This document shows positions 1 to 9,120 of a DNA stretch of 32,000 bases, piece after piece; the stretch's first letter is position 1; each line of letters begins with the position of its first letter. Origin of the DNA: Synechococcus sp. A15-28. GTDB lineage: Bacteria; Cyanobacteriota; Cyanobacteriia; PCC-6307; Cyanobiaceae. Below the pieces are notes generated by a model. The model saw only the letters and a program-made list of their open reading frames with translations, did no database searches and was not told the origin of the DNA. Where the stretch lies: NCBI RefSeq assembly GCF_014280175.1, contig NZ_CP047931.1, positions 1,620,001-1,652,000 on the forward strand, read 5' to 3'. The position numbers and the translations under genes were made by a program.

Positions 1-449
1 AGGATCTGGGCCTCATCCGAGGACTCGCCCACACAGACGGTGATGCAGCTATCGCCGTGGTAGCCATCGAAGTAGGCACCTGTATCCACCTTCAGCAGAT
101 CCCCCTGGTGGATCACCCGTTTGGCACTGGGAATGCCGTGCACAACCTCATTGTTGATGCTGGCGCAGATGCTTGCCGGGAAGCCGTGGTACCCCTTGAA
201 ACTCGGTGTGGCCCCCATCTCTCGGATGCGCTTCTCAGCAAAGGCATCCAGGTCGCCCGTCGTCTGTCCCGGCTCCACCATGGCCATCACTTCCCGCAGC
301 ACTGTCGCGACGATGCGACTGGCCTCCCGCATGATTTTGATCTCACGGGCTGACTTGATCTCCACACCCCGGCGTTTCTGAATCCGGGGACCTGTGGCTG
401 TTGCCGTCGGGGCCTGGGTGGAGGCCAGCAGATCTGCGAATAAATTCAT
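1..449 (-). CDS. map: Type I methionyl aminopeptidase, N-terminal part, runs off the window edge
   Basis: Reverse-strand translation from ATG at 449 gives [10 protein letters not shown]...[82 protein letters not shown]...[17 protein letters not shown], typical MetAP motifs. Alternative ATG at 455. Confidence 0.95.
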   Translation of the reverse strand, partial: MNLFADLLASTQAPTATATGPRIQKRRGVEIKSAREIKIMREASRIVATVLREVMAMVEPGQTTGDLDAFAEKRIREMGATPSFKGYHGFPASICASINNEVVHGIPSAKRVIHQGDLLKVDTGAYFDGYHGDSCITVCVGESSDEAQI

Positions 450-503
450 CAACATCCTTCTATATCCGTCACGCTATCAACAGCAACTGATTGAAGGTCG
501 GTC

Positions 504-788
504 ATGAGCCTGCTTGTGCGGGTGCGCGAACTGCATCGGGCCGTTGCCCCGTTGGTGCTGCTTCCGTTGTTCATCACCGTTTGCTCAGGGGTTGGCTACC
601 GACTTGCCCGCGACTGGATGGGCTTTGAGCGTGACCAGGTGCATTGGCTGATGACCTTGCACGAAGGCGAATGGCTGGGGGCCACGCTGGAGCCGTTGGT
701 GGTGCTGTTGAACGCCCTTGGGTTGCTCTGGATGCTGATCAGTGGTGCCGGGTTGCTGATCGAACGATGGCATCGAAAGGTACACTGA
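504..788 (+). CDS. Small membrane protein, PepSY-associated TM-like
   Basis: 94-aa ORF with two hydrophobic segments (VLLPLFITVCSGVGYRLARDWMG; LLNALGLLWMLISGAGLLIERWHRK), resembling cyanobacterial PepSY-TM proteins. Confidence 0.6.
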   Translation: MSLLVRVRELHRAVAPLVLLPLFITVCSGVGYRLARDWMGFERDQVHWLMTLHEGEWLGATLEPLVVLLNALGLLWMLISGAGLLIERWHRKVH

Positions 789-816
789 TCGTTTGGCGAT
801 TTAACGCGGAGCTGGG

Positions 817-1275
817 ATGGCAGCCGATCCGAAGGACACGACGGTGACGGAAGAGAGCACTGAGAGCGCAGCTGAGGTGGAGGCCGTGGCGAGTGCTCCG
901 ACAACCCCAGCTCAGAAGCTCAGCGCCGAAGCCCTGATCAAGGCCTTCGAGACGGAGCAGATGAAGACCGATCTCCCTGAGATCTACGTCGGTGACACCG
1001 TCCGCGTTGGCGTCCGCATCAGCGAGGGCAACAAGGAGCGTGTTCAGCCCTATGAGGGAGTGGTCATCTCCAAGCGTCACGGCGGGATGAACCAGACGAT
1101 CACCGTCCGTCGCATCTTCCAGGGCATTGGAGTGGAGCGGGTGTTCATGCTCCACAGTCCGCAGGTGGCCAACGTCAAGGTTGAACGGCGCGGTAAAGTT
1201 CGTCGGGCGAAGCTTTTCTATCTGCGGGAACGGGTGGGCAAGGCCACCCGCGTGAAGCAGCGCTTCGATCGCTGA
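817..1275 (+). CDS. rplS: 50S ribosomal protein L19 with an N-terminal extension
   Basis: [58 protein letters not shown]...[29 protein letters not shown] is canonical L19. Confidence 0.97.
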   Translation: MAADPKDTTVTEESTESAAEVEAVASAPTTPAQKLSAEALIKAFETEQMKTDLPEIYVGDTVRVGVRISEGNKERVQPYEGVVISKRHGGMNQTITVRRIFQGIGVERVFMLHSPQVANVKVERRGKVRRAKLFYLRERVGKATRVKQRFDR

Positions 1276-1300
1276 GGTCTCGGCCTCGTTCAATCAAGTC

Positions 1301-1321
1301 GCTGACATCCTCGATGTCAGC
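1301..1321. repeat. Perfect inverted repeat, 9-bp stem and 3-nt loop, between rplS and trnW
   Basis: GCTGACATC-CTC-GATGTCAGC; no U-tract follows. Confidence 0.7.
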
Positions 1322-1337
1322 AGGGGTTCATCGCCTT

Positions 1338-1410
1338 GCGCCGTTAGTTCAGTTGGTAGAACGCAGGTCTCCAAAACCTGATGTCGGGGGTTCGAGTCCT
1401 CCACGGCGCG
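1338..1410 (+). tRNA. trnW: tRNA-Trp (anticodon CCA)
   Basis: GCGCCGT acceptor pairs with ACGGCGC; anticodon loop ctCCAaa; T-arm GGGGGTTCGAGTCCTCC. Confidence 0.95.
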
Positions 1411-1448
1411 TCCGATGAGCCCCGATGTGTAGTTTCCCGGTTCTGAGC

Positions 1449-1637
1449 ATGGAGTTGGATCTTCAACCTGGTGATGTCGTGAAGGTGCTGGAGTCAGCCG
1501 CTCTTGGCTGGGTTCGTGCCCGCGTGATCCGCGTCAAATCAGGTGGTCGTGTGGTCGTTCAGAGCGATCAAGGTCGGGAGTTCACCGCCCGAGGGAACCA
1601 GGTTCGCCTGATCGAGCCAGCAGGCTTCCGCCCCTGA
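1449..1637 (+). CDS. 62-aa hyper-conserved picocyanobacterial protein (PSHCP, Tudor-like fold)
   Basis: Translation from ATG 1449: MELDLQPGDVVKVLESAALGWVRARVIRVKSGGRVVVQSDQGREFTARGNQVRLIEPAGFRP, exactly 62 aa. The location between trnW and trnD, near rplS and gltX, matches my recollection of the published PSHCP locus. Confidence 0.85.
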   Translation: MELDLQPGDVVKVLESAALGWVRARVIRVKSGGRVVVQSDQGREFTARGNQVRLIEPAGFRP

Positions 1638-1658
1638 ATTCGAGTTGTTTCTTCAGCG

Positions 1659-1689
1659 AACCCCCGATGGCTCCGACATCGGGGGTTTT
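1659..1689 (+). terminator. Rho-independent terminator downstream of the 62-aa gene
   Basis: CCCCCGATG-GCTCCGA-CATCGGGGG followed by TTTTGTTG; perfect 9-bp stem. Confidence 0.88.
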
Positions 1690-1838
1690 GTTGTGACCTG
1701 ACCTCAACAAGGCAGATCAGCACAGGAATTCGACGGAATTGTTGACGGAGGGCAGGGCAAGGGTCAATACTGATTTGGTCGCGCAGGCGACACAGATCAG
1801 GTGCCACGGGGCGAGTCCTTTGTGTCTCCATTTGATCT

Positions 1839-1912
1839 GGGACCGTAGTTCAACCGGTTAGAGCACCGCCCTGTCACGGCGGAAGTTGCGGGTTCGAATC
1901 CCGTCGGTCCCG
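1839..1912 (+). tRNA. trnD: tRNA-Asp (anticodon GTC)
   Basis: GGGACCG/CGGTCCC acceptor, anticodon loop ctGTCac, T-arm GCGGGTTCGAATCCCGT. Confidence 0.95.
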
Positions 1913-1933
1913 TTTTCACCACCCGAAACCGCA

Positions 1934-3367
1934 ATGGTGCGCGTTCGTCTGGCCCCCAGCCCCACGGGCACGCTTCACATCGGAACGGCGCGGACAGCCG
2001 TCTTCAACTGGTTGTACGCAAGGCGCCAGCAGGGGTCTTTCCTTCTGAGGATTGAGGACACCGACAAGGAACGATCCAAGCCTGAATACACCCAGAACAT
2101 CCTCGAGGGCTTGCGCTGGCTTGGGATTGACTGGGATGAAGAGCCGTTGATCCAGAGCGAACAGGTTCAACAGCACCGTGCCGCGATCGAAACGCTGTTG
2201 CAGAAGGGTCTGGCCTACCGCTGCTATGCCAACGAGGCCGAACTGGAGGCCATGCGCGAGGCCCAGAAGGCCAGCAATCAGGCACCGCGCTACGACAACC
2301 GTCATCGCAATCTCACGCCGGAGCAGGAAGCGGCCTTCCAGGCGGAAGGACGGGAAGCCGTGATCCGTTTCCGGATCGATGACACCGCTGAGATCCGCTG
2401 GAACGACATGGTGCGTGGCGCCATGTCCTGGCGTGGTGCAGACCTCGGCGGTGACATGGTGGTGGCCCGCAGGGCTCCCGCCGATCAGATCGGAGATCCC
2501 CTCTACAACCTCGTGGTGGTGGTGGATGACGCCGCCATGGCGATCAGCCATGTGATCCGCGGCGAAGACCACATCGCCAACACCGCCAAGCAGCTGCTGC
2601 TCTACAAGGCCCTGGGCCTGCCTGAACCGACCTTTGCCCATGCACCCCTGATCCTGAATGGGGAAGGCCGCAAGCTCTCCAAACGGGATGGCGTGACCTC
2701 CATCAACGACTTCCGCGCGATGGGGTACACCGCAGAAGCGATTGCCAACTACATGACCCTGCTGGGCTGGTCGGTGCCCGAGGGGATGGAGGAGCGCTTC
2801 ACCCTGCCCGAAGCAGCAGCAGTGTTCAGCTTCGATCGGGTGAACAAGGCCGGGGCCCGCTTTGATTGGGACAAGCTCAACTGGCTCAACGGGCAGGTGC
2901 TGCACGCCCTGCCAGCTCAGCAGCTCCTGGATGAGCTCCATCCCCTCTGGAGCGAACAGGGGTGGACGCTGCCGGATGACAGCAGCTGGGGGCTGGACCT
3001 GTGCGAACTGCTGGGACCATCCCTAACCCTGCTCAAGGACGGCGTGGACCAGGCGAAACCGTTCTTCGAGTGTCCTGATCTTGAGGACGATGGCAAAAGC
3101 CAACTGGAGGCCGAAGGAGCTCGTGACGCTGTGGCTCAACTGCTGCAGACCCTCGAGGCTGATCCCTGGGATGGTGGCGACATGGATCGCGCCAAACAGC
3201 TCCTGGGGGATGCCGCCAAGGGAGCCGGCGTCAAAAAAGGTGTGGTGATGAAATCCTTACGCGCCGCGCTGCTTGGACGGCTGCAGGGCCCCGACCTGAT
3301 GACAACCTGGTCTCTACTGGCCCGAATCGGAGAAGACCTCCCCAGACTGCGGCGTTGTCTCGGATGA
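1934..3367 (+). CDS. gltX: Glutamyl-tRNA synthetase
   Basis: [35 protein letters not shown] and KLSKRDG signatures. Start chosen at ATG 1934, since the upstream 1886 start overlaps tRNA-Asp. Confidence 0.97.
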   Translation: MVRVRLAPSPTGTLHIGTARTAVFNWLYARRQQGSFLLRIEDTDKERSKPEYTQNILEGLRWLGIDWDEEPLIQSEQVQQHRAAIETLLQKGLAYRCYANEAELEAMREAQKASNQAPRYDNRHRNLTPEQEAAFQAEGREAVIRFRIDDTAEIRWNDMVRGAMSWRGADLGGDMVVARRAPADQIGDPLYNLVVVVDDAAMAISHVIRGEDHIANTAKQLLLYKALGLPEPTFAHAPLILNGEGRKLSKRDGVTSINDFRAMGYTAEAIANYMTLLGWSVPEGMEERFTLPEAAAVFSFDRVNKAGARFDWDKLNWLNGQVLHALPAQQLLDELHPLWSEQGWTLPDDSSWGLDLCELLGPSLTLLKDGVDQAKPFFECPDLEDDGKSQLEAEGARDAVAQLLQTLEADPWDGGDMDRAKQLLGDAAKGAGVKKGVVMKSLRAALLGRLQGPDLMTTWSLLARIGEDLPRLRRCLG

Positions 3368-4579
3368 CGACGTCGTAGCGCCAGCGGATTCCTCGATCAA
3401 TCCCAGAGCACGGGCCAACGGTTGAGCCGTGAGGCCCTGCAGGCCCACGGTCATCAGGATGGTCAGAAAGACCAGGCCCTGCAGGCGACCGGCTCCGAGG
3501 ATCCCCGCCTGCTCCAGTCGAATGGCAAACAACGATGCCACCGACGCGGTGACGATCCCTCGTGGTGCCAGCCAGCCGAGAAAGAGCTTCTGGGGAAGAT
3601 CGAGCGGTAGACCTACCGTCGCCACACCCACGGCAATCGGTCGGACCACGAGCATCAGAACGAGAACGCAGCTGATCCCCCCCCAGCCCAGAGGGCTCAA
3701 TTCCGCCCAGGACACGTCCGCGGCAAGCAGTGGGAACAGCATCGTGATCGCCAGTTGCGCCAGCTCCTGGATCAGACCATCCAGATCGGCGGTGTGCGCC
3801 GTCTGGCGACGTCCAACCACGATGCCCGCCGCCACAGAAGCCGGCAAAGCTGATTCCGGCAACAGCCACTCGCTGACGCCGTACATCAGGAACAACATCC
3901 CCAGGGTGAGCTGCAACGGCAGGCCGGAGGACTGATCAGGCTTCAGCCGCTGCAGCAGCTCCGACAGCAGCCACCCGACACTGGCGCCGATCAGCACCCC
4001 TCCACCGAGCCGCTCCAGCAGGCCCAGCACCAGTTCGCGCCAGCCATGCAGATTGCCCAGGACCAATTCCAGCAGCAGCAGAGCCAGCACCGCCCCGATG
4101 GGCTCAAGCACCAGGCCCTCCGCCTCCAGCACATCACCCAGGGGAGCCGCCAGACGCATCTGACGCACCAGGGGAGTCACCACGGTGGGACCCGTGGCCA
4201 GAACAATGGCGCTGAACACGGCAGCGACGGACCAACTGAGTCCGGCCAGCCAGTGAGCCGCAAGCAACCCGGCACCGAGGGAGATCAGCAGCCGCAGAAC
4301 AGCGATCCGCTTCACGGTCTCGCGGATCGTGTCCCCCGGCAGTCGCAGATTGAGGCCGCCATCAAAAAGCACCAGGCTCACCAGGAGGCCGACCACCGTG
4401 CCCAGGCCCGGGCCCAGGTCGAGTGGCTCCACCAGACCGAGGCCGGAGCGACCGATCAACAGCCCTGACAGCAGCAGCAGAACCACCCCCGGCAGTTCTG
4501 AGACCGCTGCCAGCAGCCGCGCACCGGCCCCGGCAAAGACCGTGACGCCCCAGAGCAGACCCAGACGCTCAGGCGTCAT
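3314..4579 (-). CDS. Sodium/proton antiporter, NhaP/CPA1-type
   Basis: 421 aa, polytopic; [25 protein letters not shown] and [19 protein letters not shown] motifs. Confidence 0.85.
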   Translation of the reverse strand: MTPERLGLLWGVTVFAGAGARLLAAVSELPGVVLLLLSGLLIGRSGLGLVEPLDLGPGLGTVVGLLVSLVLFDGGLNLRLPGDTIRETVKRIAVLRLLISLGAGLLAAHWLAGLSWSVAAVFSAIVLATGPTVVTPLVRQMRLAAPLGDVLEAEGLVLEPIGAVLALLLLELVLGNLHGWRELVLGLLERLGGGVLIGASVGWLLSELLQRLKPDQSSGLPLQLTLGMLFLMYGVSEWLLPESALPASVAAGIVVGRRQTAHTADLDGLIQELAQLAITMLFPLLAADVSWAELSPLGWGGISCVLVLMLVVRPIAVGVATVGLPLDLPQKLFLGWLAPRGIVTASVASLFAIRLEQAGILGAGRLQGLVFLTILMTVGLQGLTAQPLARALGLIEESAGATTSSSETTPQSGEVFSDSGQ

Positions 4580-4814
4580 TGACAGAAGAAAACTGAGGTT
4601 CCACGCGAACGCCGATCACCGCTTCCGGCCGCACCACCAAATATTCACCTTCGAGATCACTGATGGGCACGTTGACAAAGCCGCCCTGCCCTTCGGCATT
4701 CACCACCCCCTGATACCACTCCTGAAACTGCTCCAGCCTGGGAAAGAACACCCGCTCGGTCTGACCTCCCACCAAATGAAGATGCACGGCATAGCGTCGC
4801 GGTGTTCGAGACAT
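4569..4814 (-). CDS. Conserved hypothetical protein (81 aa)
   Basis: Compact ORF overlapping the downstream antiporter start by 11 nt and touching the upstream gene stop. Confidence 0.65.
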   Translation of the reverse strand: MSRTPRRYAVHLHLVGGQTERVFFPRLEQFQEWYQGVVNAEGQGGFVNVPISDLEGEYLVVRPEAVIGVRVEPQFSSVNDA

Positions 4815-5443
4815 CAGTGCTGGATAAAAGCCAAAGGGGTCACCTCAGGATGCCCGATGGGATCAGGACCTGCCCATCGGAATGGTTTCAAGAGAGATCT
4901 CCGGGGTGCATAGAGAGGATGGCGCGGTTGGCCGGAGCGGGTGAGCGCTAAAGCCTGCGGCCCCGGCGCCAGTGGATATCGCTGAGCCCGTTGCCGCACA
5001 AGAGGCTTCAACAGATCCATGACGTCTTGGGCCCGGCCGAACTGACCCCCACCATTGCCCCAGCCACACCAGAGGGCCCAGGCCTCCTGGTCCGCCCAGG
5101 AGCGGCACCAATGCAGCAGCGCGGCATCTGCATTCCAACCAACAGGATCGTGACAGCGACGCAGGACGGAGGGCGAAGGGGACATGCGGGCGAACAGATT
5201 CACCACCACCAGAGCGTCATAGCCCCAGTCCCCTGCGAAGCCGATCAGACGGCGCAGGGTGGGGTCGTCCCGCTCCGCATCAGCCCGGGACGGATTCAAT
5301 CCGAGGAAGATCAATACCCGATCGCCGTGCTGCCAGCGTCGCGTCAGCCACCAGCGGAAGCATCGGTCGGAGCTGACGCTGGCGTCAGACCCCCAGATGG
5401 GCCCGGCTGAGCTCGAGGATGCGTTGACTGGCCTTGCCATCAC
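4814..5443 (-). CDS. DUF1643-like protein
   Basis: VLIFLGLNPSRADAERDDPTLRRLIGFAGDWGYDALVVVNLFA resembles the DUF1643 signature. Confidence 0.8.
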   Translation of the reverse strand: MMARPVNASSSSAGPIWGSDASVSSDRCFRWWLTRRWQHGDRVLIFLGLNPSRADAERDDPTLRRLIGFAGDWGYDALVVVNLFARMSPSPSVLRRCHDPVGWNADAALLHWCRSWADQEAWALWCGWGNGGGQFGRAQDVMDLLKPLVRQRAQRYPLAPGPQALALTRSGQPRHPLYAPRRSLLKPFRWAGPDPIGHPEVTPLAFIQH

Positions 5444-6497
5444 CGAAGGGGTTCACCGCCCTGGACATCGACTCGTAGGCCGAAGCGTCGCTGAGCAGAC
5501 GGGATGCTTCCTCCAGAATGACCGAAGGGTCCGTGCCGACGAGTCGGGCCGTGCCCGCATCAACCGCCTCAGGCCGTTCGGTGGTGCGCCGCAGCACCAA
5601 CACGGGTTTTCCGAGAGCCGGAGCCTCCTCCTGCAATCCCCCTGAGTCGGTCAACAGCAGCGTGCAGCCCTTCATCGCTGCCACCAGTCGGTCGTAATCC
5701 AGGGGCTCGGTGAGCACGACCCGCGGATGGTCCCCCAGCAAGGCCTGCAGCGGTTCGCGCACCGTGGGATTGCGGTGCAACGGCAGCAGCAGCGCTGTAT
5801 CGGGGTGGCGATCAAGCACCTGAAGCATCCCTGAGGCGATGTCCTTGAGGCGCTCTCCCCAGTTCTCACGGCGGTGAACGGTGGCCAGGATCACGCGCTG
5901 GTGGTCCCAGTCGAGACCATCGAAACTGATCTGCGGTGCCGTTTCCGCCATCAGCAGCAAGGCATCGATCACGGTGTTGCCGGTGACGCTCACCTCACCC
6001 ACGACCCCAGAAGCCCTGAGATTGGCCTCCGCCTTCTGGGTCGGTGCAAAGTGCAGGGTCGCGATCTGCGAGAGAAGTCGTCGATTGGCTTCTTCCGGGA
6101 ACGGATCCAGCAGGTTGTCCGTGCGCAGGCCAGCTTCGACATGGCCCACGGGAATCTGCTCGTAGAACGCCGCAAGGCCAGCCGCGAAGGCTGTGGTTGT
6201 GTCGCCCTGCACCAGCACCAACTGCGGTGGATAGGCCTGAAAGTCCTCCCGCAGACCCTCCAGGGCTGCACAGGTGACATGGGTCAGGGTCTGGCGCGGG
6301 GCCATGAGGTTGAGATCCTGATCGGCCTTCAGATCAAACAGGTCCATCACCTGGGACACCATCTCGCGGTGCTGACCGGTCAGCACCACCCGGGTGCGCA
6401 CGGCTGAAGAGCTCTGAAAGACCCGGATCACCGGAGCAAGTTTGATCGCCTCCGGACGCGTGCCCAGGACAATCGTGACCCTGGGCTGATCCGTCAT
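5385..6497 (-). CDS. wecB: UDP-N-acetylglucosamine 2-epimerase (non-hydrolysing)
   Basis: VLGTRPEAIKLAPVI, VLTGQHREM, GHVEAGLRT, HRRENWG, LLTDSGGLQEEAPALGKPVLVLRRTTERPE. Confidence 0.95.
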   Translation of the reverse strand: MTDQPRVTIVLGTRPEAIKLAPVIRVFQSSSAVRTRVVLTGQHREMVSQVMDLFDLKADQDLNLMAPRQTLTHVTCAALEGLREDFQAYPPQLVLVQGDTTTAFAAGLAAFYEQIPVGHVEAGLRTDNLLDPFPEEANRRLLSQIATLHFAPTQKAEANLRASGVVGEVSVTGNTVIDALLLMAETAPQISFDGLDWDHQRVILATVHRRENWGERLKDIASGMLQVLDRHPDTALLLPLHRNPTVREPLQALLGDHPRVVLTEPLDYDRLVAAMKGCTLLLTDSGGLQEEAPALGKPVLVLRRTTERPEAVDAGTARLVGTDPSVILEEASRLLSDASAYESMSRAVNPFGDGKASQRILELSRAHLGV

Positions 6498-6586
6498 CGC
6501 AACTCTCGCGGTGGCCTGATTTTACGGCTCATCTTTGACAGGGACTTGCCAGCGGAGCCATCGGGACGATCCTGAAAGCAGCCCTT

Positions 6587-7759
6587 GTGACGCAGCGTGG
6601 CCCAGCCGGTCTTTCCCCCCAGCTTTCGCCGCGGCCAAGGACAGTATCACCGGCAGCTGCTGCACAGCCCGCTGAATCGGCAACGTCGTCACCCCATGGT
6701 GCTCCCAACCTGGAGGCGATCGTCAAGATTGCCCACGAGCAAGGGCACTCCGACGTGCATCTCGGCGTCGGCGAAGTGCCGCGGTACCGCGCCCGCGGTG
6801 AAATGCAGACCACGGAATGGCCCGCCACCGACCTCTCCACCTTTCAGGGTTGGCTGAGGGAGATCCTGTCACCACAGCAAATTGACACGTTCTTCTGCGA
6901 GAAGGAGTTCGACGGATCCCATGCCTTTCCCTTCGTCCGCATCCGGATCAACCTGCTTGATTCCCTGCGGGGCCCGGCCATGGTGCTCCGACTGATCCCC
7001 CAGACCATCCTGACCATGGAGCAGCTGAAGCTGCCTGAGGTGCTGACGGAACTGGCCGGTCGCCCCAAGGGTCTGATTCTGGTGACCGGCCCCACCGGTT
7101 CTGGGAAAAGCACCACCCTCGCCGCGATGATCGACTGGATCAACCGCAACGAAACCCGCCACATCCTCACGATTGAGGACCCGGTGGAATTCGTGCATGA
7201 GAGCAAACGATCCCTGATCCGGCATCGGTAAGTGGGGATGCACACCCTCAAGTTCCACAACGCCCTGCGTGCCGCACTGCGGGAGGATCCCGACGTGATT
7301 CTCGTCGGGGAGATCCGCGACCAGGACACCCTCTCCACCGCCCTGGAAGCCGCTCAGACGGGCCACCTGGTGTTCGGCACCCTGCACACCAATTCAGCGG
7401 TGAAAACCGTCGAGCGGGTTCTGGGTATGTTTCCACCCGAGGAGCAGGACAGTGTGCGGCGCTCCATGTCGGAATCGCTGCTGGGGGTGATCGCCCAGGG
7501 CCTGATCCGCACCACCGACGGATAACGCGCTGCCTTCCACGACATCCTCATCAACACAGACGCCTGCAAGGACTACATCCAGCGCGGTGCCCTGGATGAA
7601 GTGGAGGAAATCATGGAGCGCAGTGGTTTTGATGGCATGGTGACCACCAATCAGTCACTTCAGGCTCTCGTCGAAGCTGGGCGAGTGGAGCCAGACAAAG
7701 CTGTGGCCGTCAGTCTCAAGCCCAACGAGCTGGCTCAAGCCCTGCGCGGCAGAAGTTGA
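6587..7759 (+). pseudogene. pilT: PilT-like twitching motility / type II-IV secretion ATPase, interrupted by two in-frame TAA stops
   Basis: One continuous frame: ...NLEAIVKIAHEQGHSDVHLG...GLILVTGPTGSGKSTTLAAMIDWIN...TIEDPVEFVHESKRSLIRHR*VGMHTLKFHNALRAALREDPDVILVGEIRDQDTLSTALEAAQTGHLVFGTLHTNSAVKTVERVLGMFPPEEQ...GLIRTTDG*RAAFHDILINTDACKDYIQRGALDEVEEIMERSGFDGMVTTNQSLQALVEAGRVEPDKA. Stops at 7229-7231 and 7523-7525, natural end TGA 7757-7759. True start uncertain. Confidence 0.88.
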
Positions 7760-7939
7760 TCAGTTCCCGGCGAACACCCGCACGAGAAGCACCACGGCCA
7801 AACCGGCCGACAAGCCGATCATGGCCAGGCGGCCATTCCAGATCTCAGCCTGCGGCGTGAATCCGCGCTTCCAGGCATTCAATTCGTCCGAACCGACGGG
7901 CTCAGCGACGCCAGCTGTCTTTTCGAGTTGCTCAGCCAT
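7760..7939 (-). CDS. hli: High-light-inducible (Hli/Scp) family protein, 59 aa
   Basis: MAEQLEKTAG...NAWKRGFTPQAEIWNGRLAMIGLSAGLAVVLLVRVFAGN carries the ExxNGRxAMIG chlorophyll-binding helix motif. Confidence 0.92.
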   Translation of the reverse strand: MAEQLEKTAGVAEPVGSDELNAWKRGFTPQAEIWNGRLAMIGLSAGLAVVLLVRVFAGN

Positions 7940-7976
7940 GCCCTGAGTGCCGTGCGCTAACACCCTACGAGTGTTT

Positions 7977-9041
7977 TCAAAAGGCTGGTTGCTCGTTGTA
8001 AAGCTGATCTGCCTGCCCAAGGGGCCAGCGCGCCGACACTCCAGTCCGCCAGGAACAACCACGAGCGCCCCGTTCCCAGCGCAACAGGGCCGCTGCGCCA
8101 ATCATGGCGGCGTTATCGGTGCAATAGGCCAGCGGAGCCACAGAGACCCTCACGCCCACAGCTGCGGAGCGCAACTGAAGGGTGCGACGCAATCTGTGGT
8201 TTGCCGCCACACCACCCACCATCACCAGCTCTTCAAGGCCATGGTCCGTGGCACAACGGAGGCTGCGCTCCACCAGAACGTCCACCACCACCTGCTCAAA
8301 GCTGGCGGCCAGATCAGCTGTCGGCAGGGGGCTGTCCTGAGCCTCCACCGTGCGGAGCATGGCGGTTTTCAGGCCGCTGAACGAAAAGTCATAGGGATGG
8401 AAGCCCCCCTCAGTCAGGGAGATGCGTCCCTTCGGCAACGTGAAGCGGCTGCCGTCCCCGCCCTCAGCCGCAGCTTGAATCGCAGGCCCACCTGGATAAC
8501 CGAGGCCCAGCAGGCGGGCGACTTTGTCGAAGGCCTCCCCGGCCGCATCGTCATGGCTGCGACCCAGCCGCTCCATCCCCCCATCAGCCTCGACCCGGAT
8601 CAGCTCGGTGTGTCCACCGCTCACCAGCAGCACGAGATACGGAGGTTGGGGCCGATGCTCCGCCAGATGCACCGACGCCAGATGCCCCTCGAGGTGGTGC
8701 ACCGCCAGGAAAGGGCGTTCATGCAGCGCTGACAGCGTGCGGCCCGTCACGGAGGCCACCATCAATGCCCCAGCCAGCCCCGGCGCCACCGTGGCGGCAA
8801 TCGCATCCACATCAGCGATGGTGGATCCCGACTCCCCCAGGACCTGTTCGATCAGGCCCGGCAACGCCTCCACGTGACGCCGCGAGGCGATCTCCGGCAC
8901 AACGCCGCCCCAGCGGGCATGCTCCTCAACCTGGGAGGCAATTCGAGCGGACTGAACATCGAATCGGCCATCCGCCCGACGGCTGACCAGGGCAGCTGCC
9001 GACTCGTCACAACTTGTTTCGAGGGCAAGGACTGATGTCAT
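7977..9041 (-). CDS. tsaD: tRNA N6-adenosine threonylcarbamoyltransferase
   Basis: [73 protein letters not shown]. Confidence 0.97.
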   Translation of the reverse strand: MTSVLALETSCDESAAALVSRRADGRFDVQSARIASQVEEHARWGGVVPEIASRRHVEALPGLIEQVLGESGSTIADVDAIAATVAPGLAGALMVASVTGRTLSALHERPFLAVHHLEGHLASVHLAEHRPQPPYLVLLVSGGHTELIRVEADGGMERLGRSHDDAAGEAFDKVARLLGLGYPGGPAIQAAAEGGDGSRFTLPKGRISLTEGGFHPYDFSFSGLKTAMLRTVEAQDSPLPTADLAASFEQVVVDVLVERSLRCATDHGLEELVMVGGVAANHRLRRTLQLRSAAVGVRVSVAPLAYCTDNAAMIGAAALLRWERGARGCSWRTGVSARWPLGQADQLYNEQPAF

Positions 9042-9120
9042 CGGGGTGGGGACCCTCCCCTACTGTCCACAAGTGACATCCTGCCTCTCAACGGGCAGCT
9101 TACAAACAGGAATCGTTCAG

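Noticed and set aside
1638-1838. About 200-nt spacer before tRNA-Asp as a novel ncRNA or tRNA-linked island remnant
   Set aside because: Apart from the terminator I could find no convincing structure or promoter, and the 87-aa minus ORF there has no recognisable features.
1916-2941. 341-aa minus-strand ORF opposite gltX
   Set aside because: Shadow ORF of a well-supported gltX; the His/Gly/Gln-rich composition has no family resemblance.
7229-7525. In-frame TAA codons in pilT as programmed recoding
   Set aside because: TAA is not the usual codon for selenocysteine or pyrrolysine, and nearby sequence gives no evidence for a recoding element. Loss of function or sequence error is simpler.
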